In this document: piece by piece, positions 1-10,815 of the stretch
Layout: every line of letters starts with the position of its first letter
How positions within the stretch are numbered: the first letter of the stretch is position 1
NCBI GenBank assembly: GCA_047285535.1
Contig: JBJBDC010000001.1
Location: 288,136-352,135, forward strand
DNA from: Synechococcus sp.
Lineage (GTDB): Bacteria > Cyanobacteriota > Cyanobacteriia > PCC-6307 > Cyanobiaceae
DNA length: 64,000 bases
Direction: 5' to 3'
Notes under the pieces: generated by a model
What the model saw: only the letters and a program-made list of their open reading frames with translations
What the model was told of the DNA's origin: nothing
Database searches by the model: none
Position numbers and translations under genes: made by a program

Positions 1-1019
1 AAACGGTCACCATCGCTGATCGAGTCCATCATTCCGAAGTCGACGTAAGCGATATGGCCAAGGTCTCCAGTACGCCCCCTGAGTGCAAACAAGTTTCCTG
101 GATGGGGATCCGCGTGGAAGTATCCATATTCAAGAAGTTGTTGCAGTCCACTGATCACACCAGTGCGAATCAGCGCCGATGGATTGAGACCTTGGGATTT
201 CAATTCTTCACGGTCTCTAAGTTTGGTTCCGTGAATCCAGGACGTTGTCAGGACCCTTCGTGTTGATAACAACCGCTCTACTTTTGGAACCGTAACGGCC
301 GGATTGTCCTGAAAAAGATTTGAAAAGTGTTCGGCATTGTCGGCTTCGCAGTAATAATCAATTTCTTCAAATAGACTCCTCCCGAATTCATCAATGATTT
401 CTCCCAATCCGAACCCCAGGTTGAGAGGCAAAAAAGGAGCTGCCAATACTCCAAAAGTGCGAATGAGAACCATATCGCGCCGCAAAATGAACACGAGGTT
501 CGGTCGTTGCACCTTCACTGCAACCCAGTGCTGCCCATGCAATCGGGCCCTATAGACCTGTCCGAGACTGGCTGCCGCAACTGGGGCGTCTGGAAATTCT
601 TCAAAGAGCTCTTGCACGGGAGCACCGAGCTCGGCCTCGATTGTTTCCAGCGCAATCGCGTGACTAAATGACGGCAGATCATCCTGCAGCTTGGTGAGTT
701 CATCGAGCCAGTCCCTGCGGATGAGATCTGGTCTTGTCGATAAGGCTTGCCCTAATTTGATGAAACACGGCCCCAGGTTGGTCAGGGTCTGAAGCAGAGT
801 TTGCGCGAGTTTGCGCTGTACTTCAGAGTCTTTGCTCCTTCCATGAAGAAGCAAGCTGATCACCAATCCACTGAGTGCCCAGATGATCTGCAACACCCTT
901 GGCACAGAGACCCAGGGCCTTAGAAGGAGCCAGCGGCCATCCCGGCCTGGCGCATAGCTCAGTGCTTCAACCCTGTCCTCTGTCAGCGTGTGGGAAGCCA
1001 AAGTGCTGCGCTCAGCCAT
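1..1019 (-). CDS. ABC1/AarF/UbiB family atypical kinase (3' end runs off the window)
   Basis: Manual translation from the ATG at 1019 gives LGPCFIKLGQALSTRPDL, AAASLGQVY, GYFHADPHPGN and AYVDFGMM. It is missing from the ORF track because the stop lies outside the window. Confidence 0.92.
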   Translation of the reverse strand, partial: MAERSTLASHTLTEDRVEALSYAPGRDGRWLLLRPWVSVPRVLQIIWALSGLVISLLLHGRSKDSEVQRKLAQTLLQTLTNLGPCFIKLGQALSTRPDLIRRDWLDELTKLQDDLPSFSHAIALETIEAELGAPVQELFEEFPDAPVAAASLGQVYRARLHGQHWVAVKVQRPNLVFILRRDMVLIRTFGVLAAPFLPLNLGFGLGEIIDEFGRSLFEEIDYYCEADNAEHFSNLFQDNPAVTVPKVERLLSTRRVLTTSWIHGTKLRDREELKSQGLNPSALIRTGVISGLQQLLEYGYFHADPHPGNLFALRGRTGDLGHIAYVDFGMMDSISDGDR

Positions 1020-1138
1020 GTCCAACGCATGTTCCTGCTTTTAGAAATGAATCCTAGGCAGGTCTTCCCTTTCCCTTGTCTTTCATCCCACCACGGTGAG
1101 GGGATCGGTTTGGCTGGAATGCAGAACCGCAGGTCTTT

Positions 1139-2548
1139 ATGCAATCCCTGATTCCGCGACTTCGGCCGGATCGGAGGCAGTGTTTGCATTTGCCAGTGCA
1201 TGGAAGGGGGCAAGCATTGCCACCAGCATTGAAACGCTTGCTGAGACAGTCGCCTGGTAGTTGGGATTTGCCGGAACTTCCTGAGATCGGTGGGCCCCTG
1301 GAGACAGAGGGTGCTGTTGCTGAAGCTCAGGCACGTCTTGCTGCTTTGGTTGGAGTTAGAACTTGCTGGTTTGGAGTGAATGGTGCAACAGGCTTACTTC
1401 AAGCAGCGCTTTTGGCTTTGGCTGGCCCTGGTCAAGCAGTGTTGCTTCCGCGCAACGCCCATCGCAGCCTGATTGCTGGATGCGTGTTGGGAGGCATCCG
1501 ACCTGTGTTTTTACCAGTTCCTTTCCTCTCTGATCGTGGACATCCAGGCGCGATGTCTGAGTCTTTGCTGGATGGCGCGCTTAACAACCTGCCTGAACTG
1601 CCAGAGCCGATCGTTGCTGCCGTGCTCTTACATCCCACCTATCACGGGTATGCCATTGATCCAACGCCTCTGATTACTGCCTTGCATCGTCGTGGCTGGC
1701 CCGTGCTTGTGGATGAGGCACATGGCACCCACTTCGCTTTTGCTGGAGGGGAGATCCTTCCTCGATCGTCCCTGCGTGCAGGAGCCGATCTTGTCGTGCA
1801 TTCTTTGCATAAATCAGCTCCTGGTCTCGTGCAGACCGCGGTTCTCTGGCATCAGGGCGTCCGCGTGAGAGCTGATGCCGTGCAGGCTTCATTACTGAGG
1901 CTTCAGACCAGCAGTCCCAGCGCCTTGCTGCTGGCCTCTTGTGAGGCAACACTAAGCTGGATGTTGACTCCCTCATGGCAATGTTTGATGAGGAGACGAC
2001 TCAAGGACTCGCAAAGGCTGGCGTCTCGTCTTCTTGATGCAGGTCTTCCGTTGCGCAAGAGCGATGATCCTCTGCGTTTAATTCTGGTCACTGGTGCGGT
2101 GGGACTCAGTGGTCTGGTTGCCGATAAATGGTTCATGCAGAAGGGATTGATCGCCGAACTTCCTGAACCGTTTTGTTTGACTTTTTGCTTGGGGCTGGCC
2201 AAGCAGCTTGGTTTGGCTAATCGCATGCAACGGCTTTGGCGATTGCTCCAGCTTTCACATCCATTTCATGGTCCACTTGAACGGCTCATCTCGCCCCCCT
2301 TGGCGACCATTTCAACCCCTGAGTTCCTTCCTTCCTTGGCCGTTCGAGCACCAGCTTGCGAGCTTCCTCTTCACGACATTGTTGGCCGAATTTCTGCTGA
2401 AATGATCTGTCCATATCCACCAGGGATTCCATTGCTTATCCCAGGAGAAAGAATTGGATCAGACCGGTTGAATTGGTTGTTGGACCACCACCAGAGATGG
2501 CCGGAACTGGTGCCAGGTAAGGTAAAAGTTCTGGCTGAAGAGCCGTAG
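1139..2548 (+). CDS. Orn/Lys/Arg decarboxylase family, PLP-dependent
   Basis: VNGAT, PRNAHRS, PTYHG, VDEAHG, HSLHKS (PLP lysine) and C-terminal PYPPGIP motifs. Confidence 0.88.
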   Translation: MQSLIPRLRPDRRQCLHLPVHGRGQALPPALKRLLRQSPGSWDLPELPEIGGPLETEGAVAEAQARLAALVGVRTCWFGVNGATGLLQAALLALAGPGQAVLLPRNAHRSLIAGCVLGGIRPVFLPVPFLSDRGHPGAMSESLLDGALNNLPELPEPIVAAVLLHPTYHGYAIDPTPLITALHRRGWPVLVDEAHGTHFAFAGGEILPRSSLRAGADLVVHSLHKSAPGLVQTAVLWHQGVRVRADAVQASLLRLQTSSPSALLLASCEATLSWMLTPSWQCLMRRRLKDSQRLASRLLDAGLPLRKSDDPLRLILVTGAVGLSGLVADKWFMQKGLIAELPEPFCLTFCLGLAKQLGLANRMQRLWRLLQLSHPFHGPLERLISPPLATISTPEFLPSLAVRAPACELPLHDIVGRISAEMICPYPPGIPLLIPGERIGSDRLNWLLDHHQRWPELVPGKVKVLAEEP

Positions 2549-2559
2549 GTGCAACTGGG

Positions 2560-3480
2560 GTGATTTCGGACTCGGCAACTAGAAGTCAAGGCAAAACCAG
2601 GGGAGGTTTTGATCAAAAGCGTGTGCTGAGTGGATTGCTGGCTGGCGCTTTTGGTTTGCTTGTGGTGGGCCTTGGAGGGTGGTGGTTCACGCTCGCGTTG
2701 GGGGTCATTGTGCATCTGGGCTTGTTGGAATTTTTCCGTATGGCGCAGTCCAAAGGGATAAGACCTGCGACGAAAACAACGCTGGTGGCATGCCAACTCT
2801 TGCTGTTCAGTACGCAATGGGCCAATTCAGGGGGGCTACCTGCACTGCTGCCTGATGCTGTACTTCCACTGTCTGGTGCCGCAATCTGTGGCTGGCTTCT
2901 TCTCCAGCCCGTAACAGGATCGATTGCTGATATCGCCGCTTCAATTTTTGGGTTGTTTTATCTCGGGTTTCTTCCAAGTCATTGGTTGCGGCTTCGTAAT
3001 CTCATGAGCCCTGATGTGGCGCCAATCGTGCAACATTTCAGTGTTGATAATGCATGGCTTTCCTCCGGCTTACTGATTACTCTTGCGGCTTGTTTGATGG
3101 TGGTAGCCAGTGATATTGGTTCCTACATCATCGGTCGAAGCATGGGGCGTCATCCGTTGTCTCCGATTTCACCTGCAAAGACGATTGAGGGAGCCATTGG
3201 TGGAGCTTTGTGCTCCGTATTGGTCGGATCTTTGATGGCGAGTCTCATTGGTTGGACTATGGGTTGGCTTAGTGGGGGTGTGCTAGGGGCGCTGGTTGCC
3301 TTATTTGCTCTTGTTGGTGATTTGACGGAGTCGATGATGAAGCGTGATGCAGGTGTGAAAGATTCTGGAGACGCTCTTCCTGGTCATGGAGGAATTCTCG
3401 ATCGCATTGATAGTTATTTGTTTACACCGGCCGTAGTTTATTATTCTCTTGTTTTGGTGATCCCTTTCATTGAAAATTGA
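2560..3480 (+). CDS. cdsA: Phosphatidate cytidylyltransferase
   Basis: Multi-TM protein with SPAKTIEG and GDLTESMMKRDAGVKDSGDALPGHGGILDRIDS signatures. Confidence 0.96.
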   Translation: MISDSATRSQGKTRGGFDQKRVLSGLLAGAFGLLVVGLGGWWFTLALGVIVHLGLLEFFRMAQSKGIRPATKTTLVACQLLLFSTQWANSGGLPALLPDAVLPLSGAAICGWLLLQPVTGSIADIAASIFGLFYLGFLPSHWLRLRNLMSPDVAPIVQHFSVDNAWLSSGLLITLAACLMVVASDIGSYIIGRSMGRHPLSPISPAKTIEGAIGGALCSVLVGSLMASLIGWTMGWLSGGVLGALVALFALVGDLTESMMKRDAGVKDSGDALPGHGGILDRIDSYLFTPAVVYYSLVLVIPFIEN

Positions 3481-3483
3481 GTA

Positions 3484-4122
3484 TTAGGGGCTCACTATGG
3501 CCTTCCCTTGGATAATTAATTGTCCTGCCTTGAGGTGAGCATGCTGAATATGAATCCCGGAATCCATGGGAAGTAATAACGATTTTTTTGTTTCTAGATG
3601 GGTAATCTGAATCGTTCCTTTTGCTGCTTCGAGACTAAAGCGAGCTCGGACAGGATCCTGTGTGGAAACAACTTCGGCTTGTAATTCCAGTAAGTCGTCG
3701 TCAATGCTCAAGGAACGAAGAGGAGTAATCCCCATTAATTGCTCACTCAGGAGATCACCAAGCCAGCGCCAACGATCACTAGCTAATGCACGATTAATAT
3801 CGCATCCATTCAGTACAACTTCACCATCAATGTCGAAGGAATGGACAAGTTGAATCGGTTGCCCAGGATTTGAAGGATTGATGTGAGCTTGAAGTGCACC
3901 ACTTTTGAGTTCGGCCCGCAGAAGAGGGAGTTTCTGAAAACTTACTTTGCGGGCGGTCAATGAAACCCCATCGAGCTTGCCTCGCAGCAATTGAAGGGCT
4001 GATCCCTTGAGGCTTAACTTCAATTCACCGACTTGATCACATTGCCTTCGTATCCAGATCTGCAGACCGTTCGAGAGCAGATGAAGCAGTGGGCCAGAGC
4101 TAGATGCATTCATGGGATGCAT
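3484..4122 (-). CDS. DUF2993 (LmeA-like) domain protein
   Basis: N-terminal LQIWIRRQCDQVGELKLSLKGSALQLLRGKL pattern typical of the cyanobacterial family; overlaps the upstream hydrolase gene. Confidence 0.65.
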   Translation of the reverse strand: MHPMNASSSGPLLHLLSNGLQIWIRRQCDQVGELKLSLKGSALQLLRGKLDGVSLTARKVSFQKLPLLRAELKSGALQAHINPSNPGQPIQLVHSFDIDGEVVLNGCDINRALASDRWRWLGDLLSEQLMGITPLRSLSIDDDLLELQAEVVSTQDPVRARFSLEAAKGTIQITHLETKKSLLLPMDSGIHIQHAHLKAGQLIIQGKAIVSP

Positions 4123-4985
4123 TCTGACGTGCGCCAGCGTTCAGCTACCAATTCTGGTTGATCAAGATGGGGGAGATGCCCACAGTTGCCAACAATTTCA
4201 AGCTTATCTCCTAACAAGTGCTGGGCTGAATGTTTTTGGGGAGTTCGCAGAATTCGGTCCTGAGCACCCCAGAGCACATGCACTGGCTGAGAGGGAACTG
4301 GAGCCCCATAGCCAGCAAACCCTCCACTGCGGGCAAAGGCCGCTAAGGAACGACCCCATCCAGGAACCTTGAGATGGATGGATGCAATCTCAAGTTCAGG
4401 ATTCCCAACGTTGCTATCTGGATCTGCGAAGGCTTGTCTGCAAAGCCCTCGTCTCACGCTTGGCAGGCTTAAGAACCAAACCCCCAGTTGATCGAGTAAG
4501 TGGGGCACGGGCATTGGTTTGCCATCCAGTCCAGCTGGGGAAAGAAGCAGCAATCGATCAATGCGTTCGGGATGTCTCCTCGCCAATTCCATGGCAACAG
4601 AGCCACCCATGGATGCGCCGATTAAACCAATGGGTGTGTCCATGGCAAAGCTCTCCAGCAGAGCATCAAGATGCTTGAATACAGCAGCTGGCCCATAAGG
4701 ACTGTCTTTGGGTCTTGGGCAGAAACCGAAGCCGAAAAGATCGGGAATAATCAGTTGGTAGTGATCTTTCAATAGTGGGACTAAGCGACGAAATTCCAAA
4801 TTGGAACTGTCAAATCCGTGAAGCAGCAGCACCATAGGGCCGCTGCCTAATTGGATCACTGGATATTGGTTTGTTGGGCCATTCGTACAGGCGAGTTCTA
4901 ACCAGGTCAAGCCCTTGAGCTGCTCACGGGCCAATGGATCAAGAAGAGTGAACGCTGCGTTTTCGAGGATTTCTTTATGGATCAA
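4110..4985 (-). CDS. Alpha/beta fold hydrolase
   Basis: LLHGFDS, PDLFGFG, GASMGG nucleophile elbow, WGAQD and CGHLPH. Confidence 0.92.
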   Translation of the reverse strand: MIHKEILENAAFTLLDPLAREQLKGLTWLELACTNGPTNQYPVIQLGSGPMVLLLHGFDSSNLEFRRLVPLLKDHYQLIIPDLFGFGFCPRPKDSPYGPAAVFKHLDALLESFAMDTPIGLIGASMGGSVAMELARRHPERIDRLLLLSPAGLDGKPMPVPHLLDQLGVWFLSLPSVRRGLCRQAFADPDSNVGNPELEIASIHLKVPGWGRSLAAFARSGGFAGYGAPVPSQPVHVLWGAQDRILRTPQKHSAQHLLGDKLEIVGNCGHLPHLDQPELVAERWRTSECIP

Positions 4986-6115
4986 GCGTCGGACTCCGAT
5001 GAAGCACTCATCGAGCGAATGTCAGAGTCGGTACTCACGAGGGCTTCAAGAAGATCGGTTTCTGTCACCTTGAATGGAAGATGATGTAGGTCTGATTCTT
5101 GACGGCAAGCGAAGCTACAGACCTTCCGTAATTCATGCAAGCCAGCACGACCTAGTCCCAGATCTTGCAGTGTGACGGGAATACCAAGTTCTTTCAGTAA
5201 GGGCAAAAGCTGTCGTCGAGCTTGAGCTGCTAATTGATTACCACAAAGGCGTTCTTCAAGGCGAAGTTGCACAAGAATACCGAAACCAACTTTCTCACCA
5301 TGTAAATTGCCGTGGCAGTCCTTCAATTGAGTCAGGCCGTTGTGCACTGCATGAGCCGCAACCGTTCTGCACTGGGCACCACCAAGGCCACCAATCACTC
5401 CTGCAGTCAGTCCGCAGGCTTCGGCAACTCTGACCCAGGCTTGACCCTCAGGATGAGCCATCGCCTCATGGGCATCAAGCAGGAGTTGGTCACGAAGAAT
5501 GCGAGCCATTTGAACGGCCTGCTGAATCATTCCATCTGAACTGGATCCGCTGCTCACCGAGGCTTCATACCATTTAGCGAGGGCATCGGCGATTCCACTC
5601 GCAAGGGTTCGAATTGGTGCTTGACGCACTAAAGAGTGGTCAAAGATCAGTAGGTTGGGGCAGGAATGCAGTGCTTCGTCGGAAATAAAAGCTCCATCTG
5701 AGGAGTAAATGTTGGCAAGAGCTGTCCACCCAGCACAAGTGGCAGCACTCAGCGGAACAGTGACACAAGGAACTTTGAGACGACACGCGATTAATTTTGC
5801 TGCATCTAAAACTTTCCCTCCGCCAGCTCCGATAACTCCATCACAACCACTCTTTGTGAGCTGTGTCTGAAGGCGTATGAGATCGATTTCGCAGCAGTCA
5901 AAGTGCAGTTGAGCATTCACAACATCGAGACCAAATGCTGTGAGATCCTTGGTTAAATCAGCACGAATTGATTCAGTCGCTGCGCTGCGACCCAAGAGTG
6001 CGGGCTTTTGACAAAGAGTAGAGATATGCGGGATTCCTCGAGCCCATGCTGATTCCCCCCGAATGACTCGGGAGGGAGCAATGGCATGGGTTTGGCAAGC
6101 CAAAGAGGTGGTCAT
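4982..6115 (-). CDS. gldA: Glycerol dehydrogenase-like (iron-containing alcohol dehydrogenase family)
   Basis: GAGGGKVLDAAK, SGIADALAKWYE, AHAVHNGLT and LHGEKVGFG. Confidence 0.85.
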   Translation of the reverse strand: MTTSLACQTHAIAPSRVIRGESAWARGIPHISTLCQKPALLGRSAATESIRADLTKDLTAFGLDVVNAQLHFDCCEIDLIRLQTQLTKSGCDGVIGAGGGKVLDAAKLIACRLKVPCVTVPLSAATCAGWTALANIYSSDGAFISDEALHSCPNLLIFDHSLVRQAPIRTLASGIADALAKWYEASVSSGSSSDGMIQQAVQMARILRDQLLLDAHEAMAHPEGQAWVRVAEACGLTAGVIGGLGGAQCRTVAAHAVHNGLTQLKDCHGNLHGEKVGFGILVQLRLEERLCGNQLAAQARRQLLPLLKELGIPVTLQDLGLGRAGLHELRKVCSFACRQESDLHHLPFKVTETDLLEALVSTDSDIRSMSASSESDA

Positions 6116-6123
6116 GCTTACTT

Positions 6124-8706
6124 TTAAACTCCAGCATTAGCCAATTGAGGCGTCACTGGGGTGGCGTTTTGGAGGTGGCGAACAACCACTTTTTTATCGC
6201 TGTCAATGTCCACTTCTGCGGAATCTCCTTCCTTAATCCGCCCGGTTAGAACTTCCTCTGCCAAGCTGTCTTCGAGAAGACGCATCACTGCTCGGCGTAG
6301 TGGTCTTGCACCATATGAGGGGTTGTATCCCTCTTCAACAAGCCGTTCCTTGAAAGCATTGGAGACACTCAGAGTAATGCCCTTTTCAGCAATTCGATCG
6401 AACACTTCTTTGAGCATGATATCTGCAATCTCCTTGACTTCTTCGCGGTTGAGTTGACGGAACACAATTATTTCATCCAGACGGTTGAGAAACTCTGGCC
6501 GGAAATACTGTTTAAGTTCTTCATTGACAAGAGAACGAATTCTGTTGTATTGATTTTCTTCTGCATTTTCACCAGAGAATTCAAAGCCGAGTCCACCGCC
6601 GCCTTTTTCAATGACTTTCGAGCCGATATTCGAGGTCATGATGATGAGTGTATTTTTGAAATCAACTGTCCTTCCTTTAGAGTCTGTTAGTCGACCATCT
6701 TCTAAAAGTTGTAGGAGGAGATTGAAGACGTCGGGATGCGCTTTCTCGATCTCATCAAAAAGAACAACCGTGTAGGGACGTCTCCTTACAGCTTCTGTGA
6801 GTTGTCCACCTTCATTGAAACCAACATATCCAGGAGGTGAACCGATCAGTTTGCTGACCGTATGTCGCTCCATAAATTCTGACATGTCTAGTCGGATCAT
6901 GGCTTCTTCGCTGCCGAAGAAGTAGGCGGCAAGTGATTTGGTGAGTTCAGTTTTTCCAACCCCAGTTGGCCCAGAGAAAATGAAACTTGCAATCGGACGA
7001 TTTGGATTTTTCAAGCCAACCCGAGCGCGGCGGATTGCTTTTGAAACTGCCTTGACAGCTTCGTCTTGTCCGATCAAACGTTGGTGGAGTGTTTCCTCCA
7101 TATTCAATAATTTGACGGATTCACTTTCGGTTAACTTCTGGACAGGAACTCCAGTCCATGAGGCCACAATGTGAGCAATGTCTTCTTCATCCACCACTGG
7201 AGTGGTGAGGGGTTGAGATTGAACCTCTGAACTTGATTCCGGATTTGAGAGTGATGCTTCGTTTTCAGACTGAGTGGAATCGTTGGCGTCTGAATTGCTT
7301 GCTTGAGTTTCTTCGCGGCTGTTTTGCAGCAAAGAACGTATTTTTTCACGCAGCTCGACTTCTTTGTCTCGAAGTTCTCCTGCTCGACTGAAATCTTGAT
7401 CACGTACGGCATCTTCTTTTTCTTTTTGGACGGCACGGAGTTCTTTATCAACTTCCTTTGCCGCAGGGGGGAGTTTGGAATTAAGCAAACGAACCCTGCT
7501 TCCGGCTTCGTCAATCAAGTCAATGGCTTTGTCGGGAAGGAATCGATCCGAGATGTAGCGATCTCCTAAGTTGGCCGCCGCATCAAGGGCAGCGTCAGTG
7601 ATTTTAAGACGATGGTGTTGTTCATAACGTTCGCGCAACCCTCTTAGGATTTCAATGGTGTCTGCAATCGAAGGCTCGCCGACCATGACCGGTTGGAAGC
7701 GCCGTTCCAATGCAGCATCACGTTCGATGTGTTTGCGGTATTCGTCGAGAGTGGTGGCTCCGATGCATTGGAGCTCTCCGCGGGCCAAAGCTGGTTTAAG
7801 AATGTTCGCTGCATCGATGGCCCCTTCGGCCGCTCCAGCTCCGATCAATGTGTGAACTTCGTCGATCACCAAAATCACATTGCCTGCGGATTTAATCTCT
7901 TCCATGATCTTTTTAAGACGCTCCTCAAATTCACCTCGATATTTAGTGCCCGCTACAAGCAAACCAATGTCGAGTGTGAGAACACGTTTGTCTTCAAGAA
8001 TGTCAGGAATGTCTCCCTGTTGAATTCGCTGAGCTAAACCTTCCGCTATGGCTGTTTTGCCAACCCCTGGCTCACCAATAAGGACGGGATTGTTTTTTGT
8101 TCGTCGACCCAAGATCTGAATCACGCGATCAATTTCGTTGAGGCGGCCCACCACGGGATCTAATTTGGCCTCGGTGGCTAATTGAGTGAGATTGGTACCG
8201 AATTCATCGAGAGTTGGAGTTTTGGTTGAACCTTTGGCACCACCACCACCGCCTCCAGCTCCGACCTCAGCAGTTTCGCCGAGCATGCGGATGACCTGAG
8301 TTCGGACCTTGGCGAGATCCACTCCGAGATTTTCGAGGACTCGAGCCGCTACCCCTTCACCCTCGCGGATCAGACCTAACAGGAGGTGCTCCGTACCGAT
8401 GTAATTGTGACCCAATTGCCTTGCTTCTTCCAGTGAAAGCTCAAGGACTCGCTTGGCTCTAGGTGTAAATGGAATCTCTACTGCAACAAAGCCTGACCCT
8501 CGACCGATGATTTTTTCGACTTCGACTCGAGCATCCTTGAGGTTCACGCCCATCGACTTAAGAACCTTCGCGGCTACTCCAGTGCCCTCCCCGATCAAGC
8601 CGAGCAAAATCTGCTCAGTTCCAACAAAGTTATGGCCGAGGCGCCGGGCCTCTTCTTGGGCCAGCATGATCACCTTGATGGCCTTCTCAGTAAACCGCTC
8701 GAACAT
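6124..8706 (-). CDS. clpC: ATP-dependent Clp protease ATP-binding subunit ClpC
   Basis: [14 protein letters not shown]-terminus; Walker A motifs GEPGVGKT and [15 protein letters not shown] sensor-2. Confidence 0.98.
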   Translation of the reverse strand: MFERFTEKAIKVIMLAQEEARRLGHNFVGTEQILLGLIGEGTGVAAKVLKSMGVNLKDARVEVEKIIGRGSGFVAVEIPFTPRAKRVLELSLEEARQLGHNYIGTEHLLLGLIREGEGVAARVLENLGVDLAKVRTQVIRMLGETAEVGAGGGGGGAKGSTKTPTLDEFGTNLTQLATEAKLDPVVGRLNEIDRVIQILGRRTKNNPVLIGEPGVGKTAIAEGLAQRIQQGDIPDILEDKRVLTLDIGLLVAGTKYRGEFEERLKKIMEEIKSAGNVILVIDEVHTLIGAGAAEGAIDAANILKPALARGELQCIGATTLDEYRKHIERDAALERRFQPVMVGEPSIADTIEILRGLRERYEQHHRLKITDAALDAAANLGDRYISDRFLPDKAIDLIDEAGSRVRLLNSKLPPAAKEVDKELRAVQKEKEDAVRDQDFSRAGELRDKEVELREKIRSLLQNSREETQASNSDANDSTQSENEASLSNPESSSEVQSQPLTTPVVDEEDIAHIVASWTGVPVQKLTESESVKLLNMEETLHQRLIGQDEAVKAVSKAIRRARVGLKNPNRPIASFIFSGPTGVGKTELTKSLAAYFFGSEEAMIRLDMSEFMERHTVSKLIGSPPGYVGFNEGGQLTEAVRRRPYTVVLFDEIEKAHPDVFNLLLQLLEDGRLTDSKGRTVDFKNTLIIMTSNIGSKVIEKGGGGLGFEFSGENAEENQYNRIRSLVNEELKQYFRPEFLNRLDEIIVFRQLNREEVKEIADIMLKEVFDRIAEKGITLSVSNAFKERLVEEGYNPSYGARPLRRAVMRLLEDSLAEEVLTGRIKEGDSAEVDIDSDKKVVVRHLQNATPVTPQLANAGV

Positions 8707-8860
8707 CTAAAGGGCCTTAAATGGTTTGACCAAGCTATCAGGGATGAAGAGTTGTTGTGATCACTGGGAACATCCAGGCAGATCCCTGTACCGATTGGCG
8801 CTTACGCCACTAAAAAATGTTATTCAATAGTTGAAAATAGTGCGGGTTTCTGTTTGATCA

Positions 8861-8876
8861 GTGCGGATATCCCTAC
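8861..8876. promoter_or_regulatory. K-box-like element upstream of clpC
   Basis: GTGCGG-ATAT-CCCTAC versus the cyanobacterial chaperone-promoter K-box GTTCGG-NNAN-CCNNAC (one mismatch); a second GTGCGG lies at 8840. Confidence 0.4.
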
Positions 8877-8923
8877 CGGCAACTGCCTTCATTGATCTAC
8901 TTCACTTTGATTTTTTCTGCATG

Positions 8924-9370
8924 TCAAGCTTGCATGTCAAGCGATTGAATCAAGGCGTCGTTGCCGTCTCGGTAGTACCGACTCCTGTGTCCAACTGTTT
9001 GGAAGCCCAATCCGGCATACAGAGCTCGTGCAGCAATGTTGCTCACAGCCACATCTAAAACGGCACGGTTTGCACCTTCCTGTGTTGCTAAAACCAGCAG
9101 CTCTTTCAAAATTATTCTCCCAAGTCCGTTTCGACGTTGCTCCGGTCGCACAGCTATGACAGTGATTTGGAGCTCGTCTAAAACAATCCAACCACTGGCC
9201 ATGGCCGATAAACGCCCTGCTTGATCGCCAATGCCGAGGCATATTCGCTTTGGATCCGAAAGCTCTCGCTCCCAATGATCAGCGCTCCATAGGCCATGCA
9301 GAGCTATGGCATCCAGTTCAAGGCATGCAAGGGCATGGGTCTGATTCAGTCTGATTGGTTTTGAGATCAG
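8924..9370 (-). CDS. rimI: RimI-like GNAT acetyltransferase (start uncertain, probably CTG at 9370)
   Basis: IAVRPEQRRNGLG, LDVAVSNIAARALYAGLGF and RSRYYRDGNDAL. The frame stays open upstream of ATG 9202 and reads LELDAIALHGLWSADHWERELSDPKRICLG. Confidence 0.8.
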   Translation of the reverse strand: MISKPIRLNQTHALACLELDAIALHGLWSADHWERELSDPKRICLGIGDQAGRLSAMASGWIVLDELQITVIAVRPEQRRNGLGRIILKELLVLATQEGANRAVLDVAVSNIAARALYAGLGFQTVGHRSRYYRDGNDALIQSLDMQA

Positions 9371-9423
9371 AGTCGAGATGCATCAGTTCTTACATTGCCC
9401 GTACCGCCCCCTCTGACAACGCC

Positions 9424-10785
9424 ATGGCCATTCCTTTTGAATCTGGCTGTGATCCAGTGAGTCCCAATCGAAATCTGGCTCCCGTTTCGGCTGAGTTGGA
9501 TGATCAGGGCCGTTTGTTGGTGGGTGGCTGCAGGTTGAGTGAACTTGCCGAGCGCTATGGAACGCCGCTCTACGTTTTGGATGAGACCAGTATTCGCGCT
9601 TCAGCTCAGGAGTATCGAGAGGCTCTTAAGCGTCACTATCCAGGCGACTCACTCGCCGTATACGCATCCAAGGCCCATAGTTCTCTCGCGATGACGGGAC
9701 TTGTTGCCTCGGAAGGTCTGGGTCTTGATGCTGTGTCTGCAGGGGAGCTGCTGACGGCGCTTGATGGAGGGATGCCGTCTGACCGAATGGTGCTGCATGG
9801 CAACAACAAGTCTATGGAGGAACTGGCCCTTGCTTACAGCCACGGAGTGATGGTGGTTGCGGATAATCAGCACGATCTTGATTGTCTTGCTGAGCTTGTA
9901 CCGCCGGATGGATCTCCGGTGCGGTTGATGCTGCGTTTCACGCCTGGCATCGAGTGCCATACGCATGAGTACATTCGTACTGGGCATTTGGACAGCAAGT
10001 TCGGCTTTGATCCCGATCAGTTGAGGCCCGTGCTGACCGCGTTGTGTCAGTGTCCATGGGCGCGCGTTGAAGGCTTGCATGCTCATATCGGCTCGCAGAT
10101 TTTTGAACTGGATCCCCATCGAGATTTGGCGGCCGTGATGGCTGATGCGCTCAAGTTGGCTCGTGATCTTGGTCACCCCGTTCGTGATCTGAATGTGGGA
10201 GGCGGACTTGGGATTCGTTATGTGGAATCCGATGATCCACCATCGATTGATGCTTGGGTCAAGGTGGTGGCCGAAGCCGTGGCATTGGCTTGCAGCGAAC
10301 GCAATCTTGAGTTGCCGCGTTTGATGTGTGAGCCTGGACGCTCACTCGTGGCTTCCAGTGGAGTCACGGTCTATCGCGTTGGCTCACGCAAGGTGGTTCC
10401 AGGCGTTCGCACTTATGTGTCCGTTGACGGTGGCATGAGCGATAACCCTCGCCCTATCACCTACCAATCGAATTACTCCGCATTCCTTGCAGATAGGCCC
10501 ATGGCAGCGGCAGATGAAATCATCACGTTGGCAGGCAAGCATTGCGAATCTGGCGATGTGTTGCTCAAAGATCTCTCTTTCCCTTCTTGCCGTAGCGGAG
10601 AGGTTTTGGTGGTGTTGGCAACGGGTGCTTACAACGCCTCTATGAGCTCCAACTACAACCGAATTCCGAGACCTGCAGCTGTGCTGGTCCATCAGGGAGT
10701 GGCTGAACTGATTCAGAGGCGTGAGCAGCCAGAGGATTTACTGCGATATGACCTCATGCCAGATCGCTTGCGCTCGCTAGTGTGA
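9424..10785 (+). CDS. lysA: Diaminopimelate decarboxylase
   Basis: YASKA (PLP lysine), HAHIGSQI, NVGGG, EPGRS, GKHCESGD and TGAY. The ATG at 9424 is preferred over the ORF-track start at 9355. Confidence 0.96.
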   Translation: MAIPFESGCDPVSPNRNLAPVSAELDDQGRLLVGGCRLSELAERYGTPLYVLDETSIRASAQEYREALKRHYPGDSLAVYASKAHSSLAMTGLVASEGLGLDAVSAGELLTALDGGMPSDRMVLHGNNKSMEELALAYSHGVMVVADNQHDLDCLAELVPPDGSPVRLMLRFTPGIECHTHEYIRTGHLDSKFGFDPDQLRPVLTALCQCPWARVEGLHAHIGSQIFELDPHRDLAAVMADALKLARDLGHPVRDLNVGGGLGIRYVESDDPPSIDAWVKVVAEAVALACSERNLELPRLMCEPGRSLVASSGVTVYRVGSRKVVPGVRTYVSVDGGMSDNPRPITYQSNYSAFLADRPMAAADEIITLAGKHCESGDVLLKDLSFPSCRSGEVLVVLATGAYNASMSSNYNRIPRPAAVLVHQGVAELIQRREQPEDLLRYDLMPDRLRSLV

Positions 10786-10815
10786 AATAGGAAGTTTTAG
10801 AGGTGCGTAAACGCA

